Assembly: GCA_964492735.1 (NCBI GenBank) | Contig: CAZBLE010000006.1 | Span: 1-60,385 of the forward strand | Length of the DNA stretch: 60,385 bases | Direction of reading: 5' to 3' | From: an uncultured Gammaproteobacteria bacterium | GTDB lineage: Bacteria > Patescibacteriota > Patescibacteriia > UBA9570 > XYC2-FULL-38-9 | In this document: piece after piece, positions 44,101-52,650 of the stretch | Position numbering within the stretch: position 1 is the first letter of the stretch | Layout of the letters: the number at the start of each line of letters is the position of its first letter | The notes under the pieces: model-generated | What the model saw: the letters and a program-made list of their open reading frames with translations, nothing else | Databases searched by the model: none | What the model was told of the DNA's origin: nothing | Translations under genes and position numbers: made by a program

Positions 44101-44181
44101 TGAAAGAAGATGGGCGAGAGCGGTGGCGTTCGGAACGCTGCCGATCTGCCGTGGTTGTGCAATCTGTTTCATGGTGTGCAT
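41131..44181 (-). CDS. mfd: Transcription-repair coupling factor Mfd
   Basis: CarD/RNAP-interacting region (GDYVVHTHHGIARF), helicase motifs GDVGFGKTEVALRAA and DEEQRFGV, and a TRG-like C-terminus. 1016 aa. Confidence 0.95.
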   Translation of the reverse strand: MHTMKQIAQPRQIGSVPNATALAHLLSTTPTLFEKGLFVIVAHPTDRRILTTSLPHFHKKNAAPRILEWNGQIHLLPQLLQYDIVIADSKTIETALLPAPSILERQTLRFATDEIIPLAELREKLTDMGFERDQTASRPATFALRGDILDIHTDKPYRVSFFGDTIEHVSVLSGDDFSVVEKIDTPVLVAPQNARGRSNFYEYIPAFRTVLLFDTELPEAACATHEPQQIIHANILPSADGPKTPAENAPYILPKSYHLRRDDLLKDIATTTEVVFFTADAGALTQFITHEEGTLAAHIQVSELETIGRGFVSTNPTHSFMCLTDADIGFIEQRQKKASKKLQRALMQQLKPGDYVVHTHHGIARFGGMSMQTINDIDREYFVLEYAGRDKIYVPIELADRIDKYIGGEHPELQKLSGASWNTALVAVQEDVAKVAQELLDVYARRTTATAHHMLPQKEEQHLDDACPYDLTVDQRDALQNIFDDMMKDQPMDRLLCGDVGFGKTEVALRAAYRAVLNGYQVAVLAPTTILTQQHFDTFTERFKELGVSVGALSRFQSPAEQKDTIAKIAAGSVDIVVGTHRIFSSDVQFKKLGLIVIDEEQRFGVKAKETLTSLRSSAHVLTMTATPIPRTLHLSLSGVRAISTILTPPAARKAVELSIVPLNTEVIQEAVARERARGGQVYYVYNRVQSIERRKLELQALLGEDVRISIAHGQMQPKALSEVMHAFDTGQIDVLLASSIVENGLDVASANTIIVENAAMFGLAELYQLKGRVGRAREQGYAYFLYKEQQLAGDVKERFLALQAASGLGDGFELAMRDMEIRGVGNMLGKAQHGHASKIGLHLYVRLLNTAVQQLQGKNLEPIREVNIDLPIEGRIPEDLIPDTAERIQLYQQLANCADLSELSDARADLMKYELLWNGDVLIPEITGLMQLLEIKILASRSTLVSISTDYPTASNRLASERITITTSEALPDLPPEWERIYERSHMAFKARARLDQLGDQWLTKLKEIITLCTL

Positions 44182-44324
44182 CCTTTATATATGAAGTCAG
44201 TCAGAAAGGCAATGCAGTTTCTTTAAACGCACTTTGCATTAACATAGCGCATTTAATTGTTTACATAAAAAAAGCGAGAATGGGATCGAGAGTGAGGCGT
44301 GTCTGTTGCGACGCCCGTTGTTGC

Positions 44325-44552
44325 TCAATCGATGCCCGTTCTCGTGTCTCGCTTGTCGAGATCGTGTAAGATCCCGTACGCGAGGTAGAAGACGATGAAT
44401 GGTAATATCGTATATAGAGAATATGTAATCTTCTCTTGCTGCCCCATTACTACGCGGTAGATGATTACAGCAAGCTCAACAGCAGCAAAGCCACCGATGC
44501 GGATCAAAAACCCGACAACAACGTACCGCAGACTACCTTTCTCGTTGCTCAT
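44325..44552 (-). CDS. small two-TM membrane protein (75 aa), hypothetical
   Basis: ORF with two hydrophobic helices and GGATGGAG upstream. No family recognised. Confidence 0.4.
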   Translation of the reverse strand: MSNEKGSLRYVVVGFLIRIGGFAAVELAVIIYRVVMGQQEKITYSLYTILPFIVFYLAYGILHDLDKRDTRTGID

Positions 44553-44698
44553 GGAAGCTCCATCCGCGCTGTTGCGGATCTGGGTGGAAGGTGCGCACTC
44601 AAAGTGAGAATTGAATGACGGGGTATTTCAGCATGCAGATGTCTATTTGTCAATCCATCAAATTTTCGATACTCTCTGTACTATACACATGAACACAT

Positions 44699-45088
44699 AT
44701 GATCAACCTTACCTATACATTTGAAACAGTAACGCCCCAAACAGTCTATGACGCGTGGCTTGATAGTGATCGGCATACATGGATGACGGGCGCTGAAGCA
44801 ACAATGTCAGCAGAGGTTGGAGAAGAGTTTAGTGCGTGGGACGGATACATTACTGGTAAAAATCTTGAACTTGAACCAGCAACAAAAATTGTCCAGTCAT
44901 GGCGCACGACAGAATTCCCATCTGATGCGGCAGATTCAGTATTGACGATTGAGCTTGCGTCAACAGAAGATGGGCACGGTACTCTTTTGACACTCACCCA
45001 TGATCGATTGCCGCATGATCAAGAAGACGCATACCGCACAGGTTGGTATGAGCATTACTTTGAACCAATGCAAGAATATTTTGAGTAG
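44699..45088 (+). CDS. SRPBCC-superfamily protein (AHSA1/START-like)
   Basis: 129 aa. The pattern VYDAWLDSDRHTWMTG...GYITGKNLELEP...IVQSWR...LTLTH...GWYEHYFEPM is typical of the AHSA1 family. Confidence 0.7.
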   Translation: MINLTYTFETVTPQTVYDAWLDSDRHTWMTGAEATMSAEVGEEFSAWDGYITGKNLELEPATKIVQSWRTTEFPSDAADSVLTIELASTEDGHGTLLTLTHDRLPHDQEDAYRTGWYEHYFEPMQEYFE

Positions 45089-45094
45089 TGCAGA

Positions 45095-45724
45095 TTATCC
45101 GAGTAATTTTTTCTTTGCGCCAAGGTAGATGTAAGAGAGGAGAAGTGTAACGGCGTACAATAAAAATACGCCACGGAACCAACCGGATTGCACGTGTGTG
45201 CCCAGTTGCAGCGCGTGCAATACAATGAGACCCATTGCAATGTGATTCGCGCCTAAAATAACTTTCCAGATTTTTTTCTCGCTGAGCCAACTCTTTAATT
45301 CAAATGATAAAAAGATGACGAAACTGATGGTGCCCAAAAAGAGATATGGAGCCAGTTCTTTGCCATACGCGTCAACATAACTATTTGGCGGCAAACCAAA
45401 ACCATCTTGATACAACTGCCAGATCATCAAGCCAGGGTGCAGGAAAATTGCGAGTAAGACAATTACTTCAGTCACTTTTGTATAGAGCTTTGTGCTACCT
45501 TCATCTGCGCCAGCATATTCACGCAACACCCACACTATATAATGTCCCCACATCAACGAAAATGCGATGAGACCGAGAACTGGAAAGATTGCATAGGTTG
45601 TGTTGAAGAGTCCGGTAAAATCCCAATCGCGCATGTTACCCCAAGTAATCACTGCGAGTAGTAACGATACGCCGGCAATTGCCCAGGCGATGAATGAAAT
45701 GCGTTGCTTTATAAATGTGCGCAT
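45095..45724 (-). CDS. hypothetical multi-pass membrane protein (210 aa from MRTFIKQ)
   Basis: The longer track ORF (to 45832) would overlap the rhodanese gene. The internal ATG at 45724 removes that overlap. Confidence 0.55.
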   Translation of the reverse strand: MRTFIKQRISFIAWAIAGVSLLLAVITWGNMRDWDFTGLFNTTYAIFPVLGLIAFSLMWGHYIVWVLREYAGADEGSTKLYTKVTEVIVLLAIFLHPGLMIWQLYQDGFGLPPNSYVDAYGKELAPYLFLGTISFVIFLSFELKSWLSEKKIWKVILGANHIAMGLIVLHALQLGTHVQSGWFRGVFLLYAVTLLLSYIYLGAKKKLLG

Positions 45725-45744
45725 AAAAAATAGATGAATAAATA

Positions 45745-46065
45745 TTATTGTTCGAGCGGGAAGCCGGCTGTTTGCCAAGCGCTTGTTCCATCTTTGACAT
45801 TCACAACATGTTTCATTCCAGCGCGGACACAAAACGCTGTCGCAAGCATACTGCGTGAGCCAGAGGCACAGACAATGTAGACTGGTGCATCAGATTCAAA
45901 TTCTTTGACCCGCGCTTGAATTTCGTTTGATGGAATGTTGATTGCGTGCGGAATATGCCCTTCAGCAAATTCTTCAGGAGAGCGCACATCGATAATGCGA
46001 GTTGCTGGGTCAGTTGTTATTTTGTCATGTAATTCTTGTGCGGTAACGGATGTAATGCTGAACAT
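45745..46065 (-). CDS. Single-domain rhodanese-like sulfurtransferase
   Basis: Active-site loop VYIVCASGSRS. 106 aa. Confidence 0.85.
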   Translation of the reverse strand: MFSITSVTAQELHDKITTDPATRIIDVRSPEEFAEGHIPHAINIPSNEIQARVKEFESDAPVYIVCASGSRSMLATAFCVRAGMKHVVNVKDGTSAWQTAGFPLEQ

Positions 46066-46133
46066 ATACTATATAATGAGTCAATTTTCTTTTGGCAGCA
46101 TAGCACAGATGCGAGGATGTTTCATCTCACTGC

Positions 46134-46162
46134 TTGACAAAGCGCTCTGCATGTGTTATTCA
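46134..46162 (+). promoter_or_regulatory. Candidate promoter TTGACA-17 nt-(TGT)TATTCA, giving a 5' UTR of about 140 nt for the DEAD-box helicase
   Basis: -35 at 46134-46139 and -10 at 46157-46162, preceded by TGT. Confidence 0.45.
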
Positions 46163-46307
46163 TAATCGATTCTTTCTTCTGGTTTTGTGCATGGTGGACG
46201 TGCATGTGAGCTTTCCAGAGCTCGAGCTATTGAAGAGGGAAACAGGAGTTTTTGAAGGATCACTTGATCCAAAACTCTCTCAATAGTTAACCAGTTACAA
46301 TATACTA

Positions 46308-47789
46308 ATGACAAACGAACAACAAACCTTCGCTGATCTTGGGTTGCATGAGGCAATCATGAAACTTTTGACAGCGCGTGAAATTACCATTCCAACTCCA
46401 ATTCAAGCCCAAAGTATTCCTGCTGTATTGCGCGGTGAAGATGTCCTTGGTATTGCACAAACTGGAACCGGAAAGACACTCGCGTTTTTACTTCCTGTTC
46501 TGCAACGCATGTTGGAGCAAGATGTAAAAGATCGTAAAAAATTTGAACAAGTCTTAATCATGGTACCAACGCGTGAGCTTGCGGCCCAAGTGCAAGAAAC
46601 AATGCAATGGTTTCAACGAGAATTCCATGTATTTTCAACAGTCATTGTCGGTGGTGAATCAATCGGCAAACAAATTAAAGAAATTCGCCGTGGACAACAA
46701 ATTTTGATTGCAACACCAGGTCGTATGATCGATCATTTGCAACAAGGAACAATCCAATTAAAGAATACACATACAGTGATTTTGGATGAAGCAGATCGAA
46801 TGTTTGATATGGGTTTTGCGCCACAAATTAAACGTGTCTTTGAGTATTTACCAAAAGCAACTGCGCGTCAGACATTGTTGTTTTCAGCGACAATGCCAGA
46901 TAGTGTTACACGTCTCATTCGTGAGCAGATGAAAGAACCAGTGCGTATTGAAGTATCAATCCAAGGTTCAACAAATGCAGATGTATCACAAGAAATTGTG
47001 GTATTGGATAACGCGCATCGTCAAGGTGCGTTACTCGAGTTATTGCGCGGAACAGAAGATGCGACATTGATTTTTTCTCGAACAAAGCATCAAGCAAAAA
47101 AACTCAAACAGTTCTTGAAAGACAAAGGCTTTAAAGCAGAAGAGTTACATGGAAACTTGTCACAAGCGCAACGTAAACGGGCGATTGAAGCTGTGCAAAA
47201 AAAGAAATCTCGCATTTTGGTTGCGACTGACGTTGCAGGTCGTGGGATCGACATTCCACACATCGGGCTTGTAATTAATTACGAATTGCCGGATAATCCA
47301 GAGGATTACGTGCATCGTATTGGACGGACTGGCCGTGCAGGAAGATCTGGCCGCGCTGTTTCATTCGTGCTTACTGATCAACAAGATCTCTTACAACAAG
47401 TTCAACGCTTGATTAACGAACAAATTGCACAGACGCATTTGGAAACAGTTCCATCAGGACAATTGTTACCAGCAGGCAGTTCTCGTGGTCGTCGAACCTA
47501 TGGCGGTAATCGCGGCGGTTCTTCTCGTGGCGGTAGTCGCGGAGGCTCTCGCGGTGGTAGTTCTGGCGGCGGCGGATATTCTCGTGGTGGTGACTTCCGA
47601 TCTGGTTCGTCACAGTCACGGAATTTCCCAGCATCTGGCTCGTCTTTTAATAAAGGACGACGCAGTTCAGGTGGAGCAGCTGGCGGGCGTTCTGGAAAGC
47701 GAAGTTATGGAGCAAGTAGTGGCGGCGGGCGAACGAATAATCATTCACGATCTCGTTCAGCACAATCACCATCACGCACTGCTGCATAA
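46308..47789 (+). CDS. DEAD-box ATP-dependent RNA helicase with a C-terminal R/G/S-rich tail of about 110 aa
   Basis: Q-motif, AQTGTGKT, DEAD (ILDEADRM), SAT, HRIGRTGRAG. Tail: GGNRGGSSRGGSRGGSRGGSSGGGGYSRGGDFRSG.... Confidence 0.95.
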   Translation: MTNEQQTFADLGLHEAIMKLLTAREITIPTPIQAQSIPAVLRGEDVLGIAQTGTGKTLAFLLPVLQRMLEQDVKDRKKFEQVLIMVPTRELAAQVQETMQWFQREFHVFSTVIVGGESIGKQIKEIRRGQQILIATPGRMIDHLQQGTIQLKNTHTVILDEADRMFDMGFAPQIKRVFEYLPKATARQTLLFSATMPDSVTRLIREQMKEPVRIEVSIQGSTNADVSQEIVVLDNAHRQGALLELLRGTEDATLIFSRTKHQAKKLKQFLKDKGFKAEELHGNLSQAQRKRAIEAVQKKKSRILVATDVAGRGIDIPHIGLVINYELPDNPEDYVHRIGRTGRAGRSGRAVSFVLTDQQDLLQQVQRLINEQIAQTHLETVPSGQLLPAGSSRGRRTYGGNRGGSSRGGSRGGSRGGSSGGGGYSRGGDFRSGSSQSRNFPASGSSFNKGRRSSGGAAGGRSGKRSYGASSGGGRTNNHSRSRSAQSPSRTAA

Positions 47790-47840
47790 GCAGAATATTG
47801 AGTACGGTAGGTCATTAATATAAATAAAGTATACACATTT

Positions 47841-48092
47841 ATGGCAAAAAATCTTTTTGTCGGAGGCATCGCCTTCAGTTCAACAGATGAAACATTACAC
47901 GCAGCATTTGCAGAAGCAGGAAACGTTGTGTCTGCAAAAATTATCATGGATCGAGACACTGGTCGCTCACGCGGATTTGGTTTCGTTGAAATGGCAACAG
48001 AAGAAGAGGCACAAGCTGCGATTCAAATGTGGGATGGTCAAGAATTAGACGGTCGCGCAATTGCAGTCAAAGAAGCACAACCAAAACAATAA
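47841..48092 (+). CDS. RRM (RNP-1/RNP-2) RNA-binding protein
   Basis: RNP-2 LFVGGI and RNP-1 RGFGFVEM. 83 aa. Confidence 0.9.
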   Translation: MAKNLFVGGIAFSSTDETLHAAFAEAGNVVSAKIIMDRDTGRSRGFGFVEMATEEEAQAAIQMWDGQELDGRAIAVKEAQPKQ

Positions 48093-48123
48093 CAGCAAAT
48101 TCCTCGTTTGAGGAATACAAAAA

Positions 48124-48158
48124 CACCGTGTCGACTCTTCCGAAGATACGGTTTTTTT
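48124..48158 (+). terminator. Intrinsic terminator after the RRM gene
   Basis: ACCGT...TCTTCCGAAGA...ACGGT imperfect hairpin followed by TTTTTTT. Confidence 0.65.
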
Positions 48159-48168
48159 GATTACATTA

Positions 48169-48597
48169 TTATTTTTTTGATTCCTTAGATAGTCCGCTCA
48201 TCAGCATATAGAGGAGGAGTCCAAATGGCCCAGACATCAATGTAAAAAATAAGGCGATGCGCAGCTTCAGTAGGTTTTTATTATTTTGAATAGTGTCTAG
48301 CCATAAAAATCGACCAACAAATAAATCCCATACAAGAATATGTAGCCACACCAGAGTAATGCCAAAGTCGTTGCTCAAGAGTGCGACGATGCTGTCTAAT
48401 TGCGGATTTGCAACTGCTGGGAGAATATCGCCAAACGCTGGAACAATCAGCAGGGTGTAGATCACCGCGAGTGGAATAAATTGCCAATAGCCGCGATTGA
48501 GCTTTTGTGTCAGATTGCTGTGCGGCGCAATAATCATTGTGAGCCAAAAAGGCAAGACAACGATATTGATGATTTGAAAAATGAGTGTGTAATTCAT
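48169..48597 (-). CDS. DUF4281 / ABA4-like membrane protein (143 aa from MNYTLIF)
   Basis: VLPFWLTMIIAPHS...WLHILVWDLFVGRFLWLD...MSGPFGLLLYML matches my recollection of the ABA4-like family. The N-terminal extension in the track (to 48867) overlaps a better plus-strand gene. Confidence 0.6.
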   Translation of the reverse strand: MNYTLIFQIINIVVLPFWLTMIIAPHSNLTQKLNRGYWQFIPLAVIYTLLIVPAFGDILPAVANPQLDSIVALLSNDFGITLVWLHILVWDLFVGRFLWLDTIQNNKNLLKLRIALFFTLMSGPFGLLLYMLMSGLSKESKK

Positions 48598-48721
48598 TGT
48601 GTGTTTTATTATTTCTATTATGGACATTGTCGCACAAGAGAGTGCTGTCTCGCAAGCACTGCTTGCATGATTTGCGCTGTTTCGATAGGGTGAGTGTCCA
48701 ACTGACATTACGGAGGATGCA

Positions 48722-49012
48722 ATGTCTTTAAGGCAAAGTGCTGATTTGCTGCGGCTTGCTGGGATGTTTCCTGAGGCAATTATTGCAGCCCTTGGGTTTA
48801 TCCGTGGACTCCAAGATGGAGGCAAGCTCACGGATTCAGCAGTTCGTGAGATCATTCGGAACACCAAGGCTCTTGCTGAGCTCGGTGCTCATCCGGTGCT
48901 CGACATCTCGGACTTGCTCCTGGTCGTGCGCTGGCTCTTGCGAATGGCGCAGCAGGATCCGGATTCACTCAGAGACTCCCTGAAAAAAATGCAGGCGTAT
49001 CTAAGTGAATGA
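48722..49012 (+). CDS. hypothetical helical protein (96 aa), visibly GC-richer than its neighbours
   Basis: A GGAGG Shine-Dalgarno sequence lies 6 nt before the ATG. No family recognised. Confidence 0.5.
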   Translation: MSLRQSADLLRLAGMFPEAIIAALGFIRGLQDGGKLTDSAVREIIRNTKALAELGAHPVLDISDLLLVVRWLLRMAQQDPDSLRDSLKKMQAYLSE

Positions 49013-49041
49013 TTTTCTATTAGAATGAGGATATTTGTGGT

Positions 49042-49356
49042 ATGCTGTATCACATGATTACAACATATCTTTTTTACATCATCTTTTTCCTCGGCGGCAT
49101 TGGCGTTGCGATGCTCCAGAGACGTATTATGCGCAACATGAAAATTCGCGCTAAGCAACCACTGAGCGCTGGGCACAAAAACATCGATCTCAAAGGTCGG
49201 CTTTTGCGTGGCTCAATTGCACTCGCGTGTGTTGTGTATGGAGTCTGGTTTGATAGCAATATTGCAATGCTCGGCGCTGGATACGCAGCTTATGAAACTG
49301 TCGCAACCTGGTGCGGCTTTTATGCGCTGATCGGCCGAAACACCTGTCCGCTATAA
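49042..49356 (+). CDS. DUF2892 (YgaP-like) membrane protein
   Basis: C-terminal WCGFYALIGRNTCPL motif and two TM segments. The start is uncertain. Confidence 0.65.
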   Translation: MLYHMITTYLFYIIFFLGGIGVAMLQRRIMRNMKIRAKQPLSAGHKNIDLKGRLLRGSIALACVVYGVWFDSNIAMLGAGYAAYETVATWCGFYALIGRNTCPL

Positions 49357-49376
49357 TTGTAAGATCTTCATTGTAT

Positions 49377-50375
49377 ATGGCAGAGCGTGTAATGAGCTTT
49401 AGGAGGAAGGCGGACCGATTGCAGCAAAAAATTGGCATTGCATATGAGATGTTGCATGTGCGTCGTCCAGAGTTACTTGAACGGCGCTGTATGCAGAATC
49501 TAGAAGACCAAATACGCGAACAAGGTTTTCCAAGTGAAGATTTATTGAATGAATATGAAGCCGAGTTGCCGTTGCTGAGAGAAATTTTTGGAACACCTGA
49601 AGATGGATTGAATCGTGATATTCTTTTTCATGGAACTGGTTTGAAAAAATATGCAGTTGATAAATATAACATCACACCAGAATCTCAAGAGCATTCATCA
49701 GAGTGCGTTCCTGTGCTGGAGCGCATTTTAGATGAGGGCTTGATTGTTCATCAAGATCCGTGGCTTCCGACAGGCGAGGTGCAGAGTGCGTCTTTTGCAG
49801 TGAGTTATTTTTATGCAAAATGGTATTCAGATAAATACACTGGCACAGATACTACACTAGAGTACAAATTTGGAGACACGCTTGATTGGTTTTTATATTA
49901 CATGAAAGATACGATGTATCAGGAGTTTCGTGAAGTCATAAGTGGTGAGCGGCAATTTGACGTTACTCAGTTATATCAACGTAAAAAAGAAAGTGATTCA
50001 TTATATACAAATAAATTGTACCATTGGATTGCGAGCTTACGGCATGACGCATCTGAAAATACTTCAATGATAAATATTTTACAACAACCAACGGACATAA
50101 CAGATAATTGGGGAGCAGTGTTGTGTTTTGATCGTAAGGCTATTCAAACATTTCAGATGTCTTTTGGTGATACACATGAAGTTCGCACAGATAAGCCTGT
50201 TTCACCAGATTTCATTAAAGCATTGGGTGTACCTCGACAGCACCTCGGGACTGCTCGAGACTTACTCGCGGCCGCGGGTCGTAATATTCCATTATTCGCA
50301 CTTGAATGCGCTGATATGCATTTAGTGGATTTTGATTTTACTAACCTTATTCGACGTGTAGAGAAAGATAGATAA
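49377..50375 (+). CDS. hypothetical protein (332 aa)
   Basis: Long ORF. The ATG at 49377 avoids overlap with the DUF2892 gene. Confidence 0.5.
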   Translation: MAERVMSFRRKADRLQQKIGIAYEMLHVRRPELLERRCMQNLEDQIREQGFPSEDLLNEYEAELPLLREIFGTPEDGLNRDILFHGTGLKKYAVDKYNITPESQEHSSECVPVLERILDEGLIVHQDPWLPTGEVQSASFAVSYFYAKWYSDKYTGTDTTLEYKFGDTLDWFLYYMKDTMYQEFREVISGERQFDVTQLYQRKKESDSLYTNKLYHWIASLRHDASENTSMINILQQPTDITDNWGAVLCFDRKAIQTFQMSFGDTHEVRTDKPVSPDFIKALGVPRQHLGTARDLLAAAGRNIPLFALECADMHLVDFDFTNLIRRVEKDR

Positions 50376-50489
50376 TCATAGCTCAAGCGTTGACAATATC
50401 AGGTTTTTTATAGTATAGTTCGGAGCGAAATGCTGCTATTTGTCAGCGCTTTTTTATTATCAATCTCTATTCGTTAAATCCGCCCCCTT

Positions 50490-52271
50490 ATGTCCGCTAT
50501 TCGAAACGTTGCGATTATCGCCCATGTCGACCATGGAAAAACCACTCTTGTCGATGCATTACTCACGCAATCACAATCTTTGAACCACAAAGAATCAGAA
50601 CACACAGAATTATTGATGGACAATAATGATCTTGAGCGTGAACGTGGAATCACTATTTTTAGTAAAAACGCTGCGCTGCAATGGAAAGATACAAAAGTGA
50701 ATATTATCGATACTCCAGGCCATGCGGACTTTGGTGGGGAAGTTGAACGCGTTCTTTCGATGGCGGATGGTGCGTTGTTGCTTGTTGATGCACAAGAAGG
50801 ACCGATGCCACAAACTCGTTTCGTGCTTAAAAAAGCTCTAGCAATGAAGCAGCGGATTATTGTTATCGTGAATAAAGTTGATAAGCCAGATGCAAATCCA
50901 CAAGAAGCAGTGAATCGAACATTTGATTTATTTGTTGAACTTGGAGCTGATGATGCAACGCTTGATTTTCCAATTGTCTACGCGTCAGCAATTCAAGGAA
51001 AGGCAGGACTCGAGGAAGATATCAATTCAATGACAGACATCACACCGATTCTTGATGCGATTCTTGAATATATCCCGCAGCCACAGGGTGACCCAGAAGC
51101 GCCATTGCAAATTCGGATTACATCAATTTCAGCAGATGCATTTAAAGGTCGCATTAGTACTGGTCGTATCCATAATGGAAAAGTATCTGCAGCACAGCCA
51201 TTGATGCATATCGCGCGTGACGGTAAACAAACACAAGTAAAAGTGACATCACTGATGGCGGCGCAAGGTCTTGGCAAAGTTGATATCACTGAAGCAGTAG
51301 CGGGTGACATTGTTTCGATTGCTGGTATTACGGATGCAGCAATCGGCGACACATTGGCTGAAGTCAGCAATCCAATTGCATTACCTGTTGTTGCGATTGA
51401 TGAACCAACAGTGCGGATGACATTTATGGTAAACACATCACCATTTGCAGGAACAGAAGGTGAATTTTCTACCAGTCGCCAAATTGAACAACGCTTGATG
51501 AAAGAATTAGAAACGGACATGGCATTGCGGGTTGAAGCAAATGGTTCTGGTGAATGGCTCGTGTCTGGTCGCGGTGAATTGCATCTTGCGATTTTGATTG
51601 AACGCCTACGTCGTGAAGGGTTTGAATTTCAAGTGAGTAATCCAACAGTAATTACAAAAGAAGTCGATGGCAAAACACACGTACCGTTTGATCGTGTGAC
51701 CATTGAAGCGCCAGATGAATTTTCAGGAGCAGTGATTCAAAAACTCGGGAGTCGTCGCGGTCAAATGCAAGAAATGCGAACAGTCAATGGCATTACATTT
51801 GTAGAATACGTTATTCCAACGCGTGGTTTGTTTGGGTACCGCAGCCATTTACTCACTGACACAAAAGGTCTTGGGATTATGAACGCTTCATTTGAAGGAT
51901 ATTTTCCAGATCCAGGTGATTGGGTTGAACGTGAAACTGGCTCGCTGGTTGCGCATGAAGCAGGTGATACAACGCTCTACGGCTTAACACGTTCACAAGA
52001 TCGTGGCGTATTGTTTGTTGAACCGGGTGTGAAGGTGTATCGTGGCCAAGTAATCGGACAAAATGCGCGTCAAGGAGATCTCGTTGTGCATGTCTGCCGT
52101 AAAAAAGAATTGACCAATATGCGCTCATCTGGTGATGGTGTTGCCGAAAATTTCCGTGTTCCGAAAAAGATGGATCTTGAAGCAGCTCTCGAATATATTG
52201 TTGATGATGAACTCGTTGAAATTACTCCAGAAAATATTCGCATTCGAAAGAAAAATCTTAACGTGAAATAA
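50490..52271 (+). CDS. typA: Translational GTPase TypA/BipA
   Basis: AHVDHGKTT, DTPGHADF, NKVD. EF-G-like domains without domain IV. 593 aa. Confidence 0.95.
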   Translation: MSAIRNVAIIAHVDHGKTTLVDALLTQSQSLNHKESEHTELLMDNNDLERERGITIFSKNAALQWKDTKVNIIDTPGHADFGGEVERVLSMADGALLLVDAQEGPMPQTRFVLKKALAMKQRIIVIVNKVDKPDANPQEAVNRTFDLFVELGADDATLDFPIVYASAIQGKAGLEEDINSMTDITPILDAILEYIPQPQGDPEAPLQIRITSISADAFKGRISTGRIHNGKVSAAQPLMHIARDGKQTQVKVTSLMAAQGLGKVDITEAVAGDIVSIAGITDAAIGDTLAEVSNPIALPVVAIDEPTVRMTFMVNTSPFAGTEGEFSTSRQIEQRLMKELETDMALRVEANGSGEWLVSGRGELHLAILIERLRREGFEFQVSNPTVITKEVDGKTHVPFDRVTIEAPDEFSGAVIQKLGSRRGQMQEMRTVNGITFVEYVIPTRGLFGYRSHLLTDTKGLGIMNASFEGYFPDPGDWVERETGSLVAHEAGDTTLYGLTRSQDRGVLFVEPGVKVYRGQVIGQNARQGDLVVHVCRKKELTNMRSSGDGVAENFRVPKKMDLEAALEYIVDDELVEITPENIRIRKKNLNVK

Positions 52272-52423
52272 CCACCAGCTTTGCACAATCTGTATATTTG
52301 TTGTAGTCTCAGACATAAGTGGTGTTATTATGCAATCTCTTCAACCACCCGAAGCGTTTATGCCCGCGCACACACCGGGAATGAGATTGTTCCACAGAAG
52401 GGAATTGTCTAATCAATTTCATC

Positions 52424-52606
52424 ATGCATATGTCTCATAAAAAAGATGAGTACGAATATGACTACAATGAAATGATGAAGCATTGGAGAAGTTGGGGCTC
52501 TTGGTTTTCCTGGGGCTCACCAATTGGCTTAAGTATTGGCCTCGCCATTACACTTCTGTCAGTCGGCGGCTTTCTCATGATGCTGCATCAGATCGGCTGG
52601 GTGTAA
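52424..52606 (+). CDS. small membrane protein, W/S-rich juxtamembrane segment (60 aa), hypothetical
   Basis: ORF followed immediately by a strong terminator. One TM segment, GLSIGLAITLLSVGGFLMML. Confidence 0.4.
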   Translation: MHMSHKKDEYEYDYNEMMKHWRSWGSWFSWGSPIGLSIGLAITLLSVGGFLMMLHQIGWV

Positions 52607-52620
52607 ACCCCGCAGGTGTC

Positions 52621-52649
52621 AAAAAAAGCCCGAGATTCTCGGGCTTTTT
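52621..52649. terminator. Strong bidirectional intrinsic terminator
   Basis: AAAAAAAGCCCGAG-att-CTCGGGCTTTTT. Confidence 0.9.
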
Positions 52650-52650
52650 A

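Noticed and set aside
48169-48597. The ABA4-like (DUF4281) gene as a carotenoid or retinal supply link to the heliorhodopsin.
   Set aside because: It lies 33 kb from the rhodopsin gene, the bacterial DUF4281 function is unknown, and no carotenoid biosynthesis genes are nearby. The connection is speculative.
48598-48867. N-terminal extensions of track ORFs 48169..48867(-) and 45095..45832(-).
   Set aside because: The extensions have non-protein-like composition and overlap better-supported genes: the Shine-Dalgarno-led plus-strand ORF 48722..49012 and the rhodanese gene. Internal ATGs at 48597 and 45724 give complete family-like proteins.
49377-50375. Possible H-Y-E ADP-ribosyltransferase-like signature (FHGTG ... 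SYFYAKWY ... THEV) in the 332-aa orphan.
   Set aside because: The motif resemblance is too loose and the spacing has not been checked against any family. It is left as hypothetical pending HHpred.
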